From Alphaproteobacteria bacterium (GTDB taxonomy: Bacteria; Pseudomonadota; Alphaproteobacteria; UBA8366), in assembly GCA_049601975.1 (NCBI GenBank), contig JBMYRC010000007.1, positions 1,906 through 65,905 of the forward strand: a stretch of 64,000 bases of DNA, written 5' to 3'. The notes below the pieces were generated by a model, which worked only from the letters and a program-made list of their open reading frames with translations, was not told the DNA's origin and did not search any database. The position numbers were made by a program, and so were the translations under genes. Shown in pieces: positions 45,752 through 55,449 of this stretch. The first letter of the stretch is position 1, and each line of letters begins with the position of its first letter.

Positions 45752-47194
45752 TTAAGCGCCCCAGGGCTTGATACCTTCCTTGAGCTTCGTATACCCCTCC
45801 AGGAATCCTGGGCGTGGATTGCTGTAGATCTCGTCGAATGTCGCCAGCGCCGCGTCCAGCCAGTCTGCCAGTTTCTGGTTGCCGGGATTGGCATCAAGAT
45901 AGGCATCGCGGATCAGCACAAAGTGAATGCGTGGATCGTAAGGTTGTTTGGTGCCACCCATAGATTCGTCGCCATCCAACAAGCGCAAAAGCATGGCATC
46001 CGCAGAGCCGAGGGTTTGTTCGTGGATCGGCGGGCCGTCCATCCGGTGCATGACCGAGGTCATATCGCGGCCGTTGCCGGTCGTGTATCCCATATCGCCC
46101 CAGAGGTTGCTCATCTTGACGTCGCTACCGACGTGATCGAGTACCCGTTGGCCGAAGGCGCGCAGCGGATCGGAGACATCCGCCAACAAATCGGTGAGCC
46201 GGTCGCCGTCGAGGTCGGTGGCCAAGATAATGCAATCTTGTTTCTCGATTAGATCCCACAACAGCAGGCCGTAGTTGGTGTCAGCAATGTGTTGCTCAAC
46301 CTGACCGCTCCAGTTCTCCATACCGTCCTTAAAATCGCTCGGCAGTAGGGCAATGATCCGGTCGACGCGCTCCTTGTGCTCGTCATATGCGTTGACCGCC
46401 CATTTACGGACCGATGTAAATTTTGTGCCTTCCAACATCCAGGTCAGAAGGCCGGCATTGATACCGTCTTCCATGGCTTGGGTCGGCTTGAAGGCGACCC
46501 GGCCGAGTTTGCCCGTATCATTGACCATCTTCAGGAACAATCGGCCCGCATAGGCCATTTGAACACCGGGAGAGTTCATCTCTGAGTGGACGATGCCGGT
46601 CTCGGCATTGACGTCGAATTTCGCTTTGTCCTGGGAGTAAGGTAGGCATGGCATGCAGCGAACAACTGTGATTGGGCCGTAAGGTCGGACGTTACAAAAG
46701 ACGCCCGCTTGCGTGCGCAGCGGCGCGTTGCCGGACTTGCCCATGACGACGACTTTGCCGCCCTTACCGTCTTTGACGTAGGCATCGCCAGCGGTTGACC
46801 ATTTAATTGATGTGACCGGTATATTGCCAAACCAGCTCAATGGCTCCAGCGCCAAGTCATGGCGAATTTGCGACCACATCGGCACCGCATAATAAGGCAG
46901 TCCAAGGACGTCGATTGCGGCGATCGTGCCGAGCAATGCGTATGCGTCAGTCAACGAGTGGGCGATTGGGTTTATCTTGCCGTCGTGATTGCCGCCTTGC
47001 CAAACGGTGGCGTCCGGATAGCCGGTCGGCCGTACGTCGGTGGCGTCGAAAAGGTCGCCAAGCAGACCCTCAAGGTCGCCGCCGTCGGCTTCCGTTCGGG
47101 CAATCTTCATGAGATCGAGCATATCGATGTATTCCTGTCTGTTATTTTCCTGCCGGCGCGACGGCGGCTGATTCGCCGATTGCGCGGTTTTCAC
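45752..47194 (-). CDS. hypothetical protein (480 aa), no recognisable family
   Basis: A long ORF with normal composition, no signal peptide and no TM helix. It has a Cys cluster FCNVRPYGPITVVRCMPC. Located downstream of the LOG-family gene on the same strand. Confidence 0.6.
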   Translation of the reverse strand: MKTAQSANQPPSRRQENNRQEYIDMLDLMKIARTEADGGDLEGLLGDLFDATDVRPTGYPDATVWQGGNHDGKINPIAHSLTDAYALLGTIAAIDVLGLPYYAVPMWSQIRHDLALEPLSWFGNIPVTSIKWSTAGDAYVKDGKGGKVVVMGKSGNAPLRTQAGVFCNVRPYGPITVVRCMPCLPYSQDKAKFDVNAETGIVHSEMNSPGVQMAYAGRLFLKMVNDTGKLGRVAFKPTQAMEDGINAGLLTWMLEGTKFTSVRKWAVNAYDEHKERVDRIIALLPSDFKDGMENWSGQVEQHIADTNYGLLLWDLIEKQDCIILATDLDGDRLTDLLADVSDPLRAFGQRVLDHVGSDVKMSNLWGDMGYTTGNGRDMTSVMHRMDGPPIHEQTLGSADAMLLRLLDGDESMGGTKQPYDPRIHFVLIRDAYLDANPGNQKLADWLDAALATFDEIYSNPRPGFLEGYTKLKEGIKPWGA

Positions 47195-47304
47195 TGTGCT
47201 CCAAGATGCAAGGGGGCTCAGTATTTCGTACGCTGCATCTTGGTTGCGCGCACAATATCATCGGATTCAAGCCATACAAGAACGGACTTCAAATCCAATC
47301 AAGT

Positions 47305-47883
47305 CTATTTGGTGCGAAGGTCGATCCGAGGAGCTGGCATCGCATGGATGGCGGGCAGAATATCTCCGATGGTCGATACGCTGCGGACGAGTTTATCGTG
47401 TCCCGAAGGTACGTATTTCTCGGTGTTCATATTTTCGAATAGCGTGTTGAGGGCATCCCAGTATCCGTCAATATTGGCGATAACAATAGGCTTGTCATGA
47501 AGACCGAGTTGTTTCCAGGTAATGATTTCGAAAGCCTCGTCCAAGGTTCCAAGGCCGCCTGGTAGGATCACAAAGGCATCCGATAGTTCGGCCATCCGTT
47601 GTTTTCGCTCATGCATTGTATTTGTTGTGTGCAGGACAGTGCATTCCGCATGCCCGACCTCTCGCTCCATCAGAAAATCTGGAATGACACCGATAACTTC
47701 ACCGCCGGCGTTCAAGGAAGCATCTGCCGCCAACCCCATCAAACCCACTCGGCCGCCGCCAAATACGAGACTGATCTCATGAGAGGCGAGAAGAGATCCG
47801 AATTCCGTTGCGGCCGCTCTATGGCTCTCGCGGGTGTTGGCGGAGGAACCGCAGTACAGACATATGGATTTCGCTTTTGGCAT
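47305..47883 (-). CDS. LOG-family (TIGR00730) nucleotide 5'-monophosphate nucleosidase
   Basis: VFGGGRVGLMG and ILPGGLGTLDEAFEIITWKQLGLHDKPIV (PGGxGTxxE motif). Confidence 0.85.
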   Translation of the reverse strand: MPKAKSICLYCGSSANTRESHRAAATEFGSLLASHEISLVFGGGRVGLMGLAADASLNAGGEVIGVIPDFLMEREVGHAECTVLHTTNTMHERKQRMAELSDAFVILPGGLGTLDEAFEIITWKQLGLHDKPIVIANIDGYWDALNTLFENMNTEKYVPSGHDKLVRSVSTIGDILPAIHAMPAPRIDLRTK

Positions 47884-48072
47884 GACCGTTTTCTTTGTGA
47901 TGTATGTGCGGACATTTTAATTAACAGTAAATTCAGTAACGGAACCGTGATCAACTAGTCGGTCAGTCAACAGGTGGTTAGAGGTTGATTGTTGATGCAA
48001 AGCACCGGAACATTCAATTAGAATTGGTTAATCCCAAAACGATCACTTTTAATTCAATCCGGTGGGGTAAAT

Positions 48073-48567
48073 ATGAAACGGATTCTAATTGGCGCAATTT
48101 CGGGACTTTCGTTGGCTTTAACCGGTGTGTTGGCGTTGGATGTCGCGCCGGCTGCCGCAGATGGCCACAGCGTGATCAAAAAGCGTATTGAATTGATGCG
48201 GAAAGACGTGCTGGGCAATTTTAAAGTCATTAAAGGGTTTGTTAAGGAAGGCAAAGGCTCGATGGCCGATGTCGGGAAAGCCGCGAAGGGCATACAGGCT
48301 GCTGCTGGAAAAATTCCGGCTCTATTTCCGCAGGGAACCGGTCGTCCGGACGTCGACGATAAGACGACACGTTCGCTCGCCAAAATCTGGGAAGATCGGG
48401 GAACCTTTGAAAAGGCAACAAACGCGATGGGTGCGCATGCGGGCCACGTCGCAATGTACGCAGCTCAAGGAAATGCGAACGAAATTAAAAAGCATTTTAG
48501 TTTAATGGGCAAAGAAGGTTGCGGTGCCTGTCACAAACCGTTCCGTGGACCGAAAGCGAAAAAATAA
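48073..48567 (+). CDS. class II c-type cytochrome (cytochrome c-556 / c-prime family)
   Basis: Signal peptide, predicted helical-bundle length, and a single CGACH heme motif close to the C-terminus. Confidence 0.75.
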   Translation: MKRILIGAISGLSLALTGVLALDVAPAAADGHSVIKKRIELMRKDVLGNFKVIKGFVKEGKGSMADVGKAAKGIQAAAGKIPALFPQGTGRPDVDDKTTRSLAKIWEDRGTFEKATNAMGAHAGHVAMYAAQGNANEIKKHFSLMGKEGCGACHKPFRGPKAKK

Positions 48568-48613
48568 TCCTCTTAAGGTTTGACGAAACGGATGACATAA
48601 GAACCATTGGACC

Positions 48614-49489
48614 ATGCGGTTCATCAAATTTGTAATTTTACTATTAGTGTCGACGGCGGCATATTTGGCACCGCCGTCTGTCGTTTGGGCGGGAGATAGC
48701 GCAAACGGCGCCTATATCTTCAAGGCAGCCGGTTGTGCTAATTGTCACACTGATCCCGGCAAGAAGGGTAAGAACGCGCGTCCAAAAGGGGAGCCGCTTG
48801 CGGGAGGCCGCCCACTCAAGACCCCGTTTGGGACTTTCTATACCCCGAATATCACTCCTTCCGAGGCGGGTATGGGCGCTTGGTCATTTGCGGACTTTCA
48901 ACGTGCGATGATCAAGGGCGTGGCGCCGAATGGTGCGCCGTATTATCCAGCTTTTCCGTATACGTCTTATACAGGGATGACGACGGCGGATCTGGAAGAT
49001 CTATGGACCTATTTAAAATCTCAGAAATCATCCGACCGCGCTAATCAGTCTCACGAATTGAATTTCCCATTTAATATTCGGGCGCTTATGCACGGTTGGC
49101 GGCTATTGTTTTTCGCGCCGGGCGACGTCGGTGATCCGGATCCCAGAAAATCTGCGGAATGGCAGCGCGGTGCATATCTAGTGCGGGTATTAGCGCATTG
49201 CGGTGAATGTCATACGCCGCGAAATGCGATGGGCGCCATGGACCGGTCTCGAGAATTGAGCGGAAACCCTGAGGGGCCAGGTGGAAAAATCCCCGATTTA
49301 TCGCCGGCTAATAAGAAAGGTGTCGTGACTTGGTCGCGCGAGGACGTGCTCGAATACCTGAGTAGCGGAATGACGCCGGAAGGCGATTTTGCCGGTGGGG
49401 AGATGGCGGAAGTGATCGATCATTCAACCGGTATTCTGACTGAGGGCGATCGGACTGCTATTGCGGAATTCGTGAAGACGCTAAAATAG
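48614..49489 (+). CDS. di-haem c-type cytochrome
   Basis: Signal peptide and two CxxCH motifs (CANCH, CGECH), each followed by a Met-containing segment. Confidence 0.8.
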   Translation: MRFIKFVILLLVSTAAYLAPPSVVWAGDSANGAYIFKAAGCANCHTDPGKKGKNARPKGEPLAGGRPLKTPFGTFYTPNITPSEAGMGAWSFADFQRAMIKGVAPNGAPYYPAFPYTSYTGMTTADLEDLWTYLKSQKSSDRANQSHELNFPFNIRALMHGWRLLFFAPGDVGDPDPRKSAEWQRGAYLVRVLAHCGECHTPRNAMGAMDRSRELSGNPEGPGGKIPDLSPANKKGVVTWSREDVLEYLSSGMTPEGDFAGGEMAEVIDHSTGILTEGDRTAIAEFVKTLK

Positions 49490-49577
49490 AAATTCTTCCT
49501 GAGCTTAGCTAAAATATCCATGAGGTTCGTTGTCACGCTTCCTTTGGCGTATTAACGTGAAGCGGTAATTTTTTAGG

Positions 49578-50636
49578 ATGAAACCCGTGAACCGCTCTGT
49601 CGTTATCGGCCTTATCGGTCTCGGCGCGATTGTGCTGGCGGTCGCCCTTACATTCTGGCGCGATGCGCCGGAAGAGAAATCCCTAAAAGAAGCGATGCAA
49701 GCGCCAGCAACGGTCACTGAAATGCGACGTGCTGCGGAAAATATAAGCCCACCCGAAGACGTGACAAAGAGCTCGCCGACCGCGGAGAGCACAACAGAGA
49801 AAAGTGAAGTGCCAAAGCCCGTGCGTATCGTGCCGAGCTTCGATGTCGTTCGCGTCAATCCGGAAGGTGACGCCGTCATCGCGGGGCGGGCGGCACCGGG
49901 CGCGAAAATTACGGTTATGGATGGCGACACGATTGTCGGCGTTGTGACCAGCGACCGGAACGGCGAATGGGTATTGGTGCCGGAGAAACCTTTGCCGCCT
50001 GGGAACCGCGCCTTGAGCATTATTGCACAATTAGGTGACGGTGAGCCGGTAAGCTCCGGAGATGTCGTTGTTTTGGCGGTGCCTGAGCAAAAAGGACAAA
50101 AGGAACGTCCACTCGCGGTTCTAGTGCCGCGCAAGGGTAAAGATACAAAAAAGGTATTGCAGCGCCCTAGGAAGCCGGAAGCGGGGCGGAATATCGCGTT
50201 AACGCTCGAGATTGTGGATTATGACGAAGCAGGACGGCTACGGCTCTTTGGGCAGGCGAATTCGGGAAATGAAGCCGTTGTCTATTTGAATAATACCGCA
50301 ATTGGGCGCGTGGGTGTCTCCGACGATGGGAGTTGGGAGTTGCGACCCGACGAGGCGGTTGTACCCGGGCTCTATACGCTGCGGATCGATGAATTGGCGA
50401 AAACGAAAGTGGTTGCACGAATTGAATTGCCATTTTCCCGCGCCGCTCCGTTGGTGAATTTAAAGCACGAGGATTATATAATCGTACAACCGGGGAACAG
50501 TCTTTGGAGAATTTCTCGGCGAATATTAGGTGAGGGGACGATGTTTTCGGTCATTTATGAGGCCAACAAAGACCAAATTCGGAACGCTGATCTAATTTAC
50601 CCGGGACAAGTCTTTGCCGTTCCCAAGAACAATTGA
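49578..50636 (+). CDS. LysM peptidoglycan-binding domain protein, membrane-anchored
   Basis: N-terminal TM anchor. Two similar beta-rich segments (FDVVRVNPEGDAVIAGRAAPGAKITV..., and ...GNEAVVYLNNTAIGRVGVSDDGSWEL). C-terminal LysM domain YIIVQPGNSLWRISRRILGEGTMFSVIYEANKDQIRNADLIYPGQVFAVP. Confidence 0.8.
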   Translation: MKPVNRSVVIGLIGLGAIVLAVALTFWRDAPEEKSLKEAMQAPATVTEMRRAAENISPPEDVTKSSPTAESTTEKSEVPKPVRIVPSFDVVRVNPEGDAVIAGRAAPGAKITVMDGDTIVGVVTSDRNGEWVLVPEKPLPPGNRALSIIAQLGDGEPVSSGDVVVLAVPEQKGQKERPLAVLVPRKGKDTKKVLQRPRKPEAGRNIALTLEIVDYDEAGRLRLFGQANSGNEAVVYLNNTAIGRVGVSDDGSWELRPDEAVVPGLYTLRIDELAKTKVVARIELPFSRAAPLVNLKHEDYIIVQPGNSLWRISRRILGEGTMFSVIYEANKDQIRNADLIYPGQVFAVPKNN

Positions 50637-51279
50637 AGCCAATTCAAGGTTGAGAACGCCGTTCCGATTTGATAACTAATGAAAATATATCCAGATATGG
50701 TTTGAGACTCGCCAAGAGAATAGTGACTGCGGTGATTAATGAATGCGGCGTGATCGGAGCCGCGACCCGAATATCGCCGGCCAGGGCCACTTTCCCATTT
50801 TTCGTCACTGCAAATCGTTATGGGTGTCGTCTCGCAGCAGACCTTAGCAGCATCTTAGCGCCGAGGCGGCGATTTTGTCCTTCCATCGAATAAGGCAGGC
50901 GGCCAACTTTCCCCATCTACTGTATATGTAGGCTGCCGGACAAATGGGGCACGACGCGGGCAATTAATGGCCAGCCTAGATAGTCGAAACGCATTTCGAA
51001 CTTGTCATCTTTCGGCGTCGTTAAATCACCGGCATCACCCGTTGCCAGTGTTTCAATGACATTTTGGGTTTGTGATTCCGGAAGGTCACTCATCCCGTTC
51101 TTCTAACTCAACAATCTACTTGGACGCTAGTACACTAAAGTTTTTTCAAAACAAAGCGATAACGTCAACGTCCGGACAAAGTTTTACTATATTACAGCTG
51201 ACTTAACACTGACGGACCGCTATTCATTAACAGAACCACTCGGTAATATCCCGCGAACATATTAGAGGCCATTATTCCA

Positions 51280-51975
51280 ATGCCTGACTTTATGAAGCCC
51301 GTGCTTGTCCCGATTCATTCGGCTGGCTGGCCGTTTATTGCGATTTTCGCCAGTTTGACCCTTTTCGGAGGCTTCTTGTGGACACCGGTTTACGTGATCG
51401 GCGGGATCCTGACCGCTTGGTGTACTTACTTCTTCCGAGATCCCGTGCGAACGACACCAACGCGTATGGGATTGGTCGTTAGCCCAGCGGATGGCGTGGT
51501 CCAGATGATTACCGAAGCGGTTCCACCCTCCGAACTCGACATGCCGATTGAGCCGCTGACGCGCGTCAGTATTTTCATGAATGTTTTTGACGTGCATGTG
51601 AACAGATCGCCCGTGGACGGCCATATCTCGGGTCTCGGATATCGCCCCGGTAAGTTTTTTGACGCCTCGCTGGATAAAGCGAGCGAAGAGAACGAACGCC
51701 AGGCCGTTAAAGTTAGAATGGAAAACGGTACTGAGATTGCTATGGTTCAAATTGCAGGTCTCGTCGCCCGGCGAATATTGTGTTGGGTACAGCGCGATCA
51801 ATCGATTCGTGTCGGTGAGCGGTTTGGTATGATAAGATTTGGCAGCCGGGTCGATGTCTTTCTGCCGGATGGAGTTTCGCCGTTAGTGGTTGTCGGTCAG
51901 AAATCCATCGCTGGAGAGACAGTCCTGGCGGATTTAACATCTGCCGAGGCCCAGCGGAAAGGAACCGCAAGGTAA
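51280..51975 (+). CDS. psd: phosphatidylserine decarboxylase proenzyme
   Basis: [16 protein letters not shown] and the self-cleavage region [13 protein letters not shown]. Confidence 0.9.
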   Translation: MPDFMKPVLVPIHSAGWPFIAIFASLTLFGGFLWTPVYVIGGILTAWCTYFFRDPVRTTPTRMGLVVSPADGVVQMITEAVPPSELDMPIEPLTRVSIFMNVFDVHVNRSPVDGHISGLGYRPGKFFDASLDKASEENERQAVKVRMENGTEIAMVQIAGLVARRILCWVQRDQSIRVGERFGMIRFGSRVDVFLPDGVSPLVVVGQKSIAGETVLADLTSAEAQRKGTAR

Positions 51976-52817
51976 TGCTAAAGCGCCGTCCCAAATTTCG
52001 TCGCAAGCATAGGGCGCGCAGTCAGACATTCAGTCGGTTGCTGCCCAATATTATTACGGTCGGCGCGCTCTGCGCCGGACTGACGGGCGTGCGGTTTGCC
52101 ATTGCGGGGCAATGGGAGTTCGCGATGGTCGCGATCCTAGTGGCAGCGGTGCTTGACGCGTTGGACGGGACAATCGCGCGGTTGTTGAAGGCCGCGAGCG
52201 ATTTTGGTGCGGAACTTGATTCTCTTTCGGACGTTGTGGCTTTTGGCGTCGCACCCGCATTGATCATTTATTTTTGGAGTCTGTCCGAGATCGGTGGTTT
52301 CGGCTGGGCAGCTGCACTCTTTTTTGCAGTTTGTTGTGCGCTGCGTTTGGCGCGTTTCAACAGTACGCTGGAGACGCGGCCACCCTATGCCTACAACTTC
52401 TTCACAGGCGTTCCGGCTCCGGGTGGGGCCCTATTGGCCTTGTTGCCGTTGCTTGTGAGTCAGGATTTCGGCGATGAATTCTTTCGGCATCCGGCGGTGA
52501 CCGGTCCGTGGATTGTCGCCATGGCGCTGTTGATGGTCAGCCAGGTGCCGACCTATTCGTTAAAGCAACTCCGCGTGCCGCAGCGTATGGTTTTACCGAT
52601 GTTGGTGCTTATTGGGCTATTGGCCGCAGGTTTGGCAGGCGCGCCCTGGCTTACTTTGTTGGTTATCAGTCTTATCTATCTCAGTAGTTTCCCGTTTTCC
52701 GTTCTCGCATTCCGCAAAATTAAACGCGAAGCGGAAGCCGCTGAGGTGTCGGAATTGACAGATGATGGAGAAGAGCCGACAGAAGAGACGGATCCGCCTC
52801 ATCTGCGCGAAGTGTAG
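51975..52817 (+). CDS. pssA: CDP-diacylglycerol--serine O-phosphatidyltransferase
   Basis: CDP-alcohol phosphatidyltransferase motif DALDGTIARLLKAASDFGAELDSLSDVV. The ATG overlaps the psd stop (TAATG). Confidence 0.9.
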   Translation: MLKRRPKFRRKHRARSQTFSRLLPNIITVGALCAGLTGVRFAIAGQWEFAMVAILVAAVLDALDGTIARLLKAASDFGAELDSLSDVVAFGVAPALIIYFWSLSEIGGFGWAAALFFAVCCALRLARFNSTLETRPPYAYNFFTGVPAPGGALLALLPLLVSQDFGDEFFRHPAVTGPWIVAMALLMVSQVPTYSLKQLRVPQRMVLPMLVLIGLLAAGLAGAPWLTLLVISLIYLSSFPFSVLAFRKIKREAEAAEVSELTDDGEEPTEETDPPHLREV

Positions 52818-52829
52818 CGGGCCGCAGGG

Positions 52830-54047
52830 CTACTCCAGTTTATAGCCTGTTGCTTTTAACTCTTCTTCCGTAAACCCGAGCTTCTCCATTAGCACTTCAC
52901 GATTATGCGCACCGAGCGGGGGGCCCGCATGGCGAATATTGCCTGGGTTACGGGAGAGCTTTCCAACCACGTTTTGCATCCGAATAGGGCCGCCCAATTC
53001 ATCGTCTTCGACCGGGACGATATTCTCGCGCGCCTTATAATGTTCGTCCTCGAATATCTCCGCGACGTTATAACAGGGAGCCGCCGTAGCGCCGATTTCT
53101 TCGAATCGGCTCATTAGCTCTTTGTAGTCGAATGTCTCAATAGCGGCTTGTAGCTCGTTATCCAACTCCACCGCATTTTGAATCCGTAGACGGTTGTCGA
53201 GAAATTGCGGGCGATTCGGTACATCGGGAATATCCAGCGCGGTACACATGCGCTCGAAGGTCGACTGCGCCGAACCCGAAATGGAAAGCCATTTGTCGTC
53301 CTTGGTGCGATAGGTATTACGTGGAGCCGTAAAGGATAAGCGGCTGCCGTTTCTTTCCTGCACGATGCCTAACTGGTCGTAATCGACGACCTGTGGGCCC
53401 AACAATGTGAACAAAGGTTCGTAGATACCGAAATCAACGATCTGCCCTTTGCCACCGTTCCGTTCCCGCGCCTGTAACGCAACTAATGTTAGATAAGCCC
53501 CCATTAGCCCGGCCGTGTCGTCGGCCATTCCGAAACCAGGAAGAAGAGGCGGTCGGTCCTTGAAGCCATTGATATAGGCGAATCCGGAATATCCTTCTGC
53601 CAAGGTTCCAAAGCCGGGCCTATGCGAATTCGGGCCGGTTTGGCCGAAGCCCGTAATCCGGACCATAACGAGTCCCGGATTGATCTCACTCAACACGTCG
53701 TAGCCAAGACCCCATTTTTCCAAGGTGCCTTTTCGATAGTTCTCGACGATTACGTCCGCATCCTTCACGAGACGTTTCACGATTTCCGCTCCGATCGGCG
53801 ATTTCAAATCTGCGGTAACCGACCGTTTGTTACGGTTGATAAGCTTGTACATCAAGCCGACCCCGTCCTTGTTGTTGCCCCAGAAGCGGACCTCGTCACC
53901 GGTTTCTGGGCGTTCCACTTTAATGACGTCGGCGCCAAAATCCGCGAGGAACATGGAGGTAATCGGGCCGGCCAGGAAATTTGCGATATCGACGACTTTT
54001 ATGCCCGCAAGCGGCTGTTCCGGATCGGTCGGTTTCTCGTAAGGCAT
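52830..54047 (-). CDS. family III CoA-transferase (CaiB/BaiF)
   Basis: LAGIKVVDIANFLAGPITSMFLADFGADVIKVERP and the catalytic-Asp region GFGMADDTAG. Confidence 0.85.
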   Translation of the reverse strand: MPYEKPTDPEQPLAGIKVVDIANFLAGPITSMFLADFGADVIKVERPETGDEVRFWGNNKDGVGLMYKLINRNKRSVTADLKSPIGAEIVKRLVKDADVIVENYRKGTLEKWGLGYDVLSEINPGLVMVRITGFGQTGPNSHRPGFGTLAEGYSGFAYINGFKDRPPLLPGFGMADDTAGLMGAYLTLVALQARERNGGKGQIVDFGIYEPLFTLLGPQVVDYDQLGIVQERNGSRLSFTAPRNTYRTKDDKWLSISGSAQSTFERMCTALDIPDVPNRPQFLDNRLRIQNAVELDNELQAAIETFDYKELMSRFEEIGATAAPCYNVAEIFEDEHYKARENIVPVEDDELGGPIRMQNVVGKLSRNPGNIRHAGPPLGAHNREVLMEKLGFTEEELKATGYKLE

Positions 54048-54238
54048 CTATGTTCCCGTCCTTTTGAATAAGCGTTGGTATAAGACATTGATTTGGGACG
54101 AGCACGGATAAGTCAAATCTATCTTGCCTGTTTGATGCCGGAACGTACGAATTGCTCTTCGGAAAAATCATCTTTCTTGAAAATTGTCGATAATTGCGCC
54201 TTTCTCGTCAGCGTCGTTCCGCGCAAACTTGGTGTTCA

Positions 54239-55360
54239 ATGAACTGGCGCTTCCCAATCTATATTGTCTGCATGCTGACCATTGGTCTCGCGACTGCGGT
54301 CGCGCAGCAAGCTAATTGCACAGGACCATCCGCGGCATGTGGTTTTGCACCATTCGTATTGAAGGTCGAACTTGGGCGCACAACGGCGAGTGCGGTTTAT
54401 CTCGGGCCTGGGAAAGCAGTGACGAATCGCCACGTTGTCCCAGATGCGACGGAAGTAACCATAGTCGCTGCCGACGAACGAAAATTTCCAGCAGTGGTTG
54501 AGCCGTCGGCATTCGACGGAGATTTGGTTTTACTGAAAGTGGCAAATCTCAATCTCGGCGACGGGCCGGCGTTCGTCGAAGATGTGCCGCGAGGGACCAA
54601 TGTTTTCGTTTTTGGATATGATGCCGTGCGCGGGCGTGTGCATTTATTCCCGCAGGGCGAGTTGGTATTGTCTGCGGCTTTTGATTCATCCGGCTCCCGC
54701 ATTCAACATCAAGCGCCCGGCAGTGTTGGCAGCGATGGAGGGGCGCTGATTTCGGCAAACGGCGCATTGATCGGTATCGCGACGACCGGTAGCGACAGGA
54801 TTAGTGAGGCGATACCGGTTCGCGAACTAGATCGATTGAGGGCGAGCGCAGGCGCAGAGCATATGCAAACTCACCAGGCAATTGGGCGGTCCTATAGGCA
54901 TTGTATCGAGACGCAGGCCAAAATGCCGAAACGGCGTGCTCGTTTGGCCCGGCGCGCAGTCGCATATCTCAGCAAAGTCTGTAGGGCGACTGGAAATGCG
55001 GCGCTTATCGAAAGAGCTGCGCAAATTCTTGGGCGTGCGGGAAATTTAAAGGAAGCACGTGATTTATTCTCCGTCGCGTTGACGGAAGACCCGCACGCCT
55101 TGAACGCACGTATCGGCTTGGTGGTGACGTTGCTGCTTGGTGGCGGGCATTCGGAAGCGGTGACGCATTTGAAATGGTTGCGCGGCGTAATGCCCAAGAA
55201 TACCGAAGTCATGCGGCTTTCGATACAAGCGGGTAAACACAGTGGGGATATGGAATTTGCGCGCGACGCCTTGAACAGTTTGGAGCGCCTCAATCCGACC
55301 TTGGCGCTCCCCATGCAACGGTTTTTCGATTCGACCGGGCCAGCGAGATCGAGACGCTAG
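54239..55360 (+). CDS. secreted S1 (trypsin-fold)-like domain protein with a C-terminal TPR-like region
   Basis: Signal peptide from the ATG at 54239. His context TNRHVV, Asp context DLVLLKV, and an atypical Ser box GSVGSDGGALIS. The C-terminal part is helical repeats (ALNARIGL..., EVMRLSIQAG...). Confidence 0.55.
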   Translation: MNWRFPIYIVCMLTIGLATAVAQQANCTGPSAACGFAPFVLKVELGRTTASAVYLGPGKAVTNRHVVPDATEVTIVAADERKFPAVVEPSAFDGDLVLLKVANLNLGDGPAFVEDVPRGTNVFVFGYDAVRGRVHLFPQGELVLSAAFDSSGSRIQHQAPGSVGSDGGALISANGALIGIATTGSDRISEAIPVRELDRLRASAGAEHMQTHQAIGRSYRHCIETQAKMPKRRARLARRAVAYLSKVCRATGNAALIERAAQILGRAGNLKEARDLFSVALTEDPHALNARIGLVVTLLLGGGHSEAVTHLKWLRGVMPKNTEVMRLSIQAGKHSGDMEFARDALNSLERLNPTLALPMQRFFDSTGPARSRR

Positions 55361-55449
55361 GTTCGATGGATTGCGGTGCTTCGCAAGTCGTCTTATTTTG
55401 GTTACGCTGAACGACGGTAGGATTCCACAATTTAGGTAGATATTACGCC

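Noticed and set aside
49505-50134. 209-aa minus-strand ORF opposite the LysM-protein gene
   Set aside because: The plus-strand ORF has a TM anchor, repeated beta domains and a clear LysM domain. The antisense product is a Thr/Ser/Arg/Gly-rich shadow.
50918-50933. E. coli-type LexA half-site TACTGTATAT
   Set aside because: Only one half of the CTGT-N8-ACAG palindrome is present, and this genome clearly uses GAAC-N7-GAAC operators at recA and imuA.
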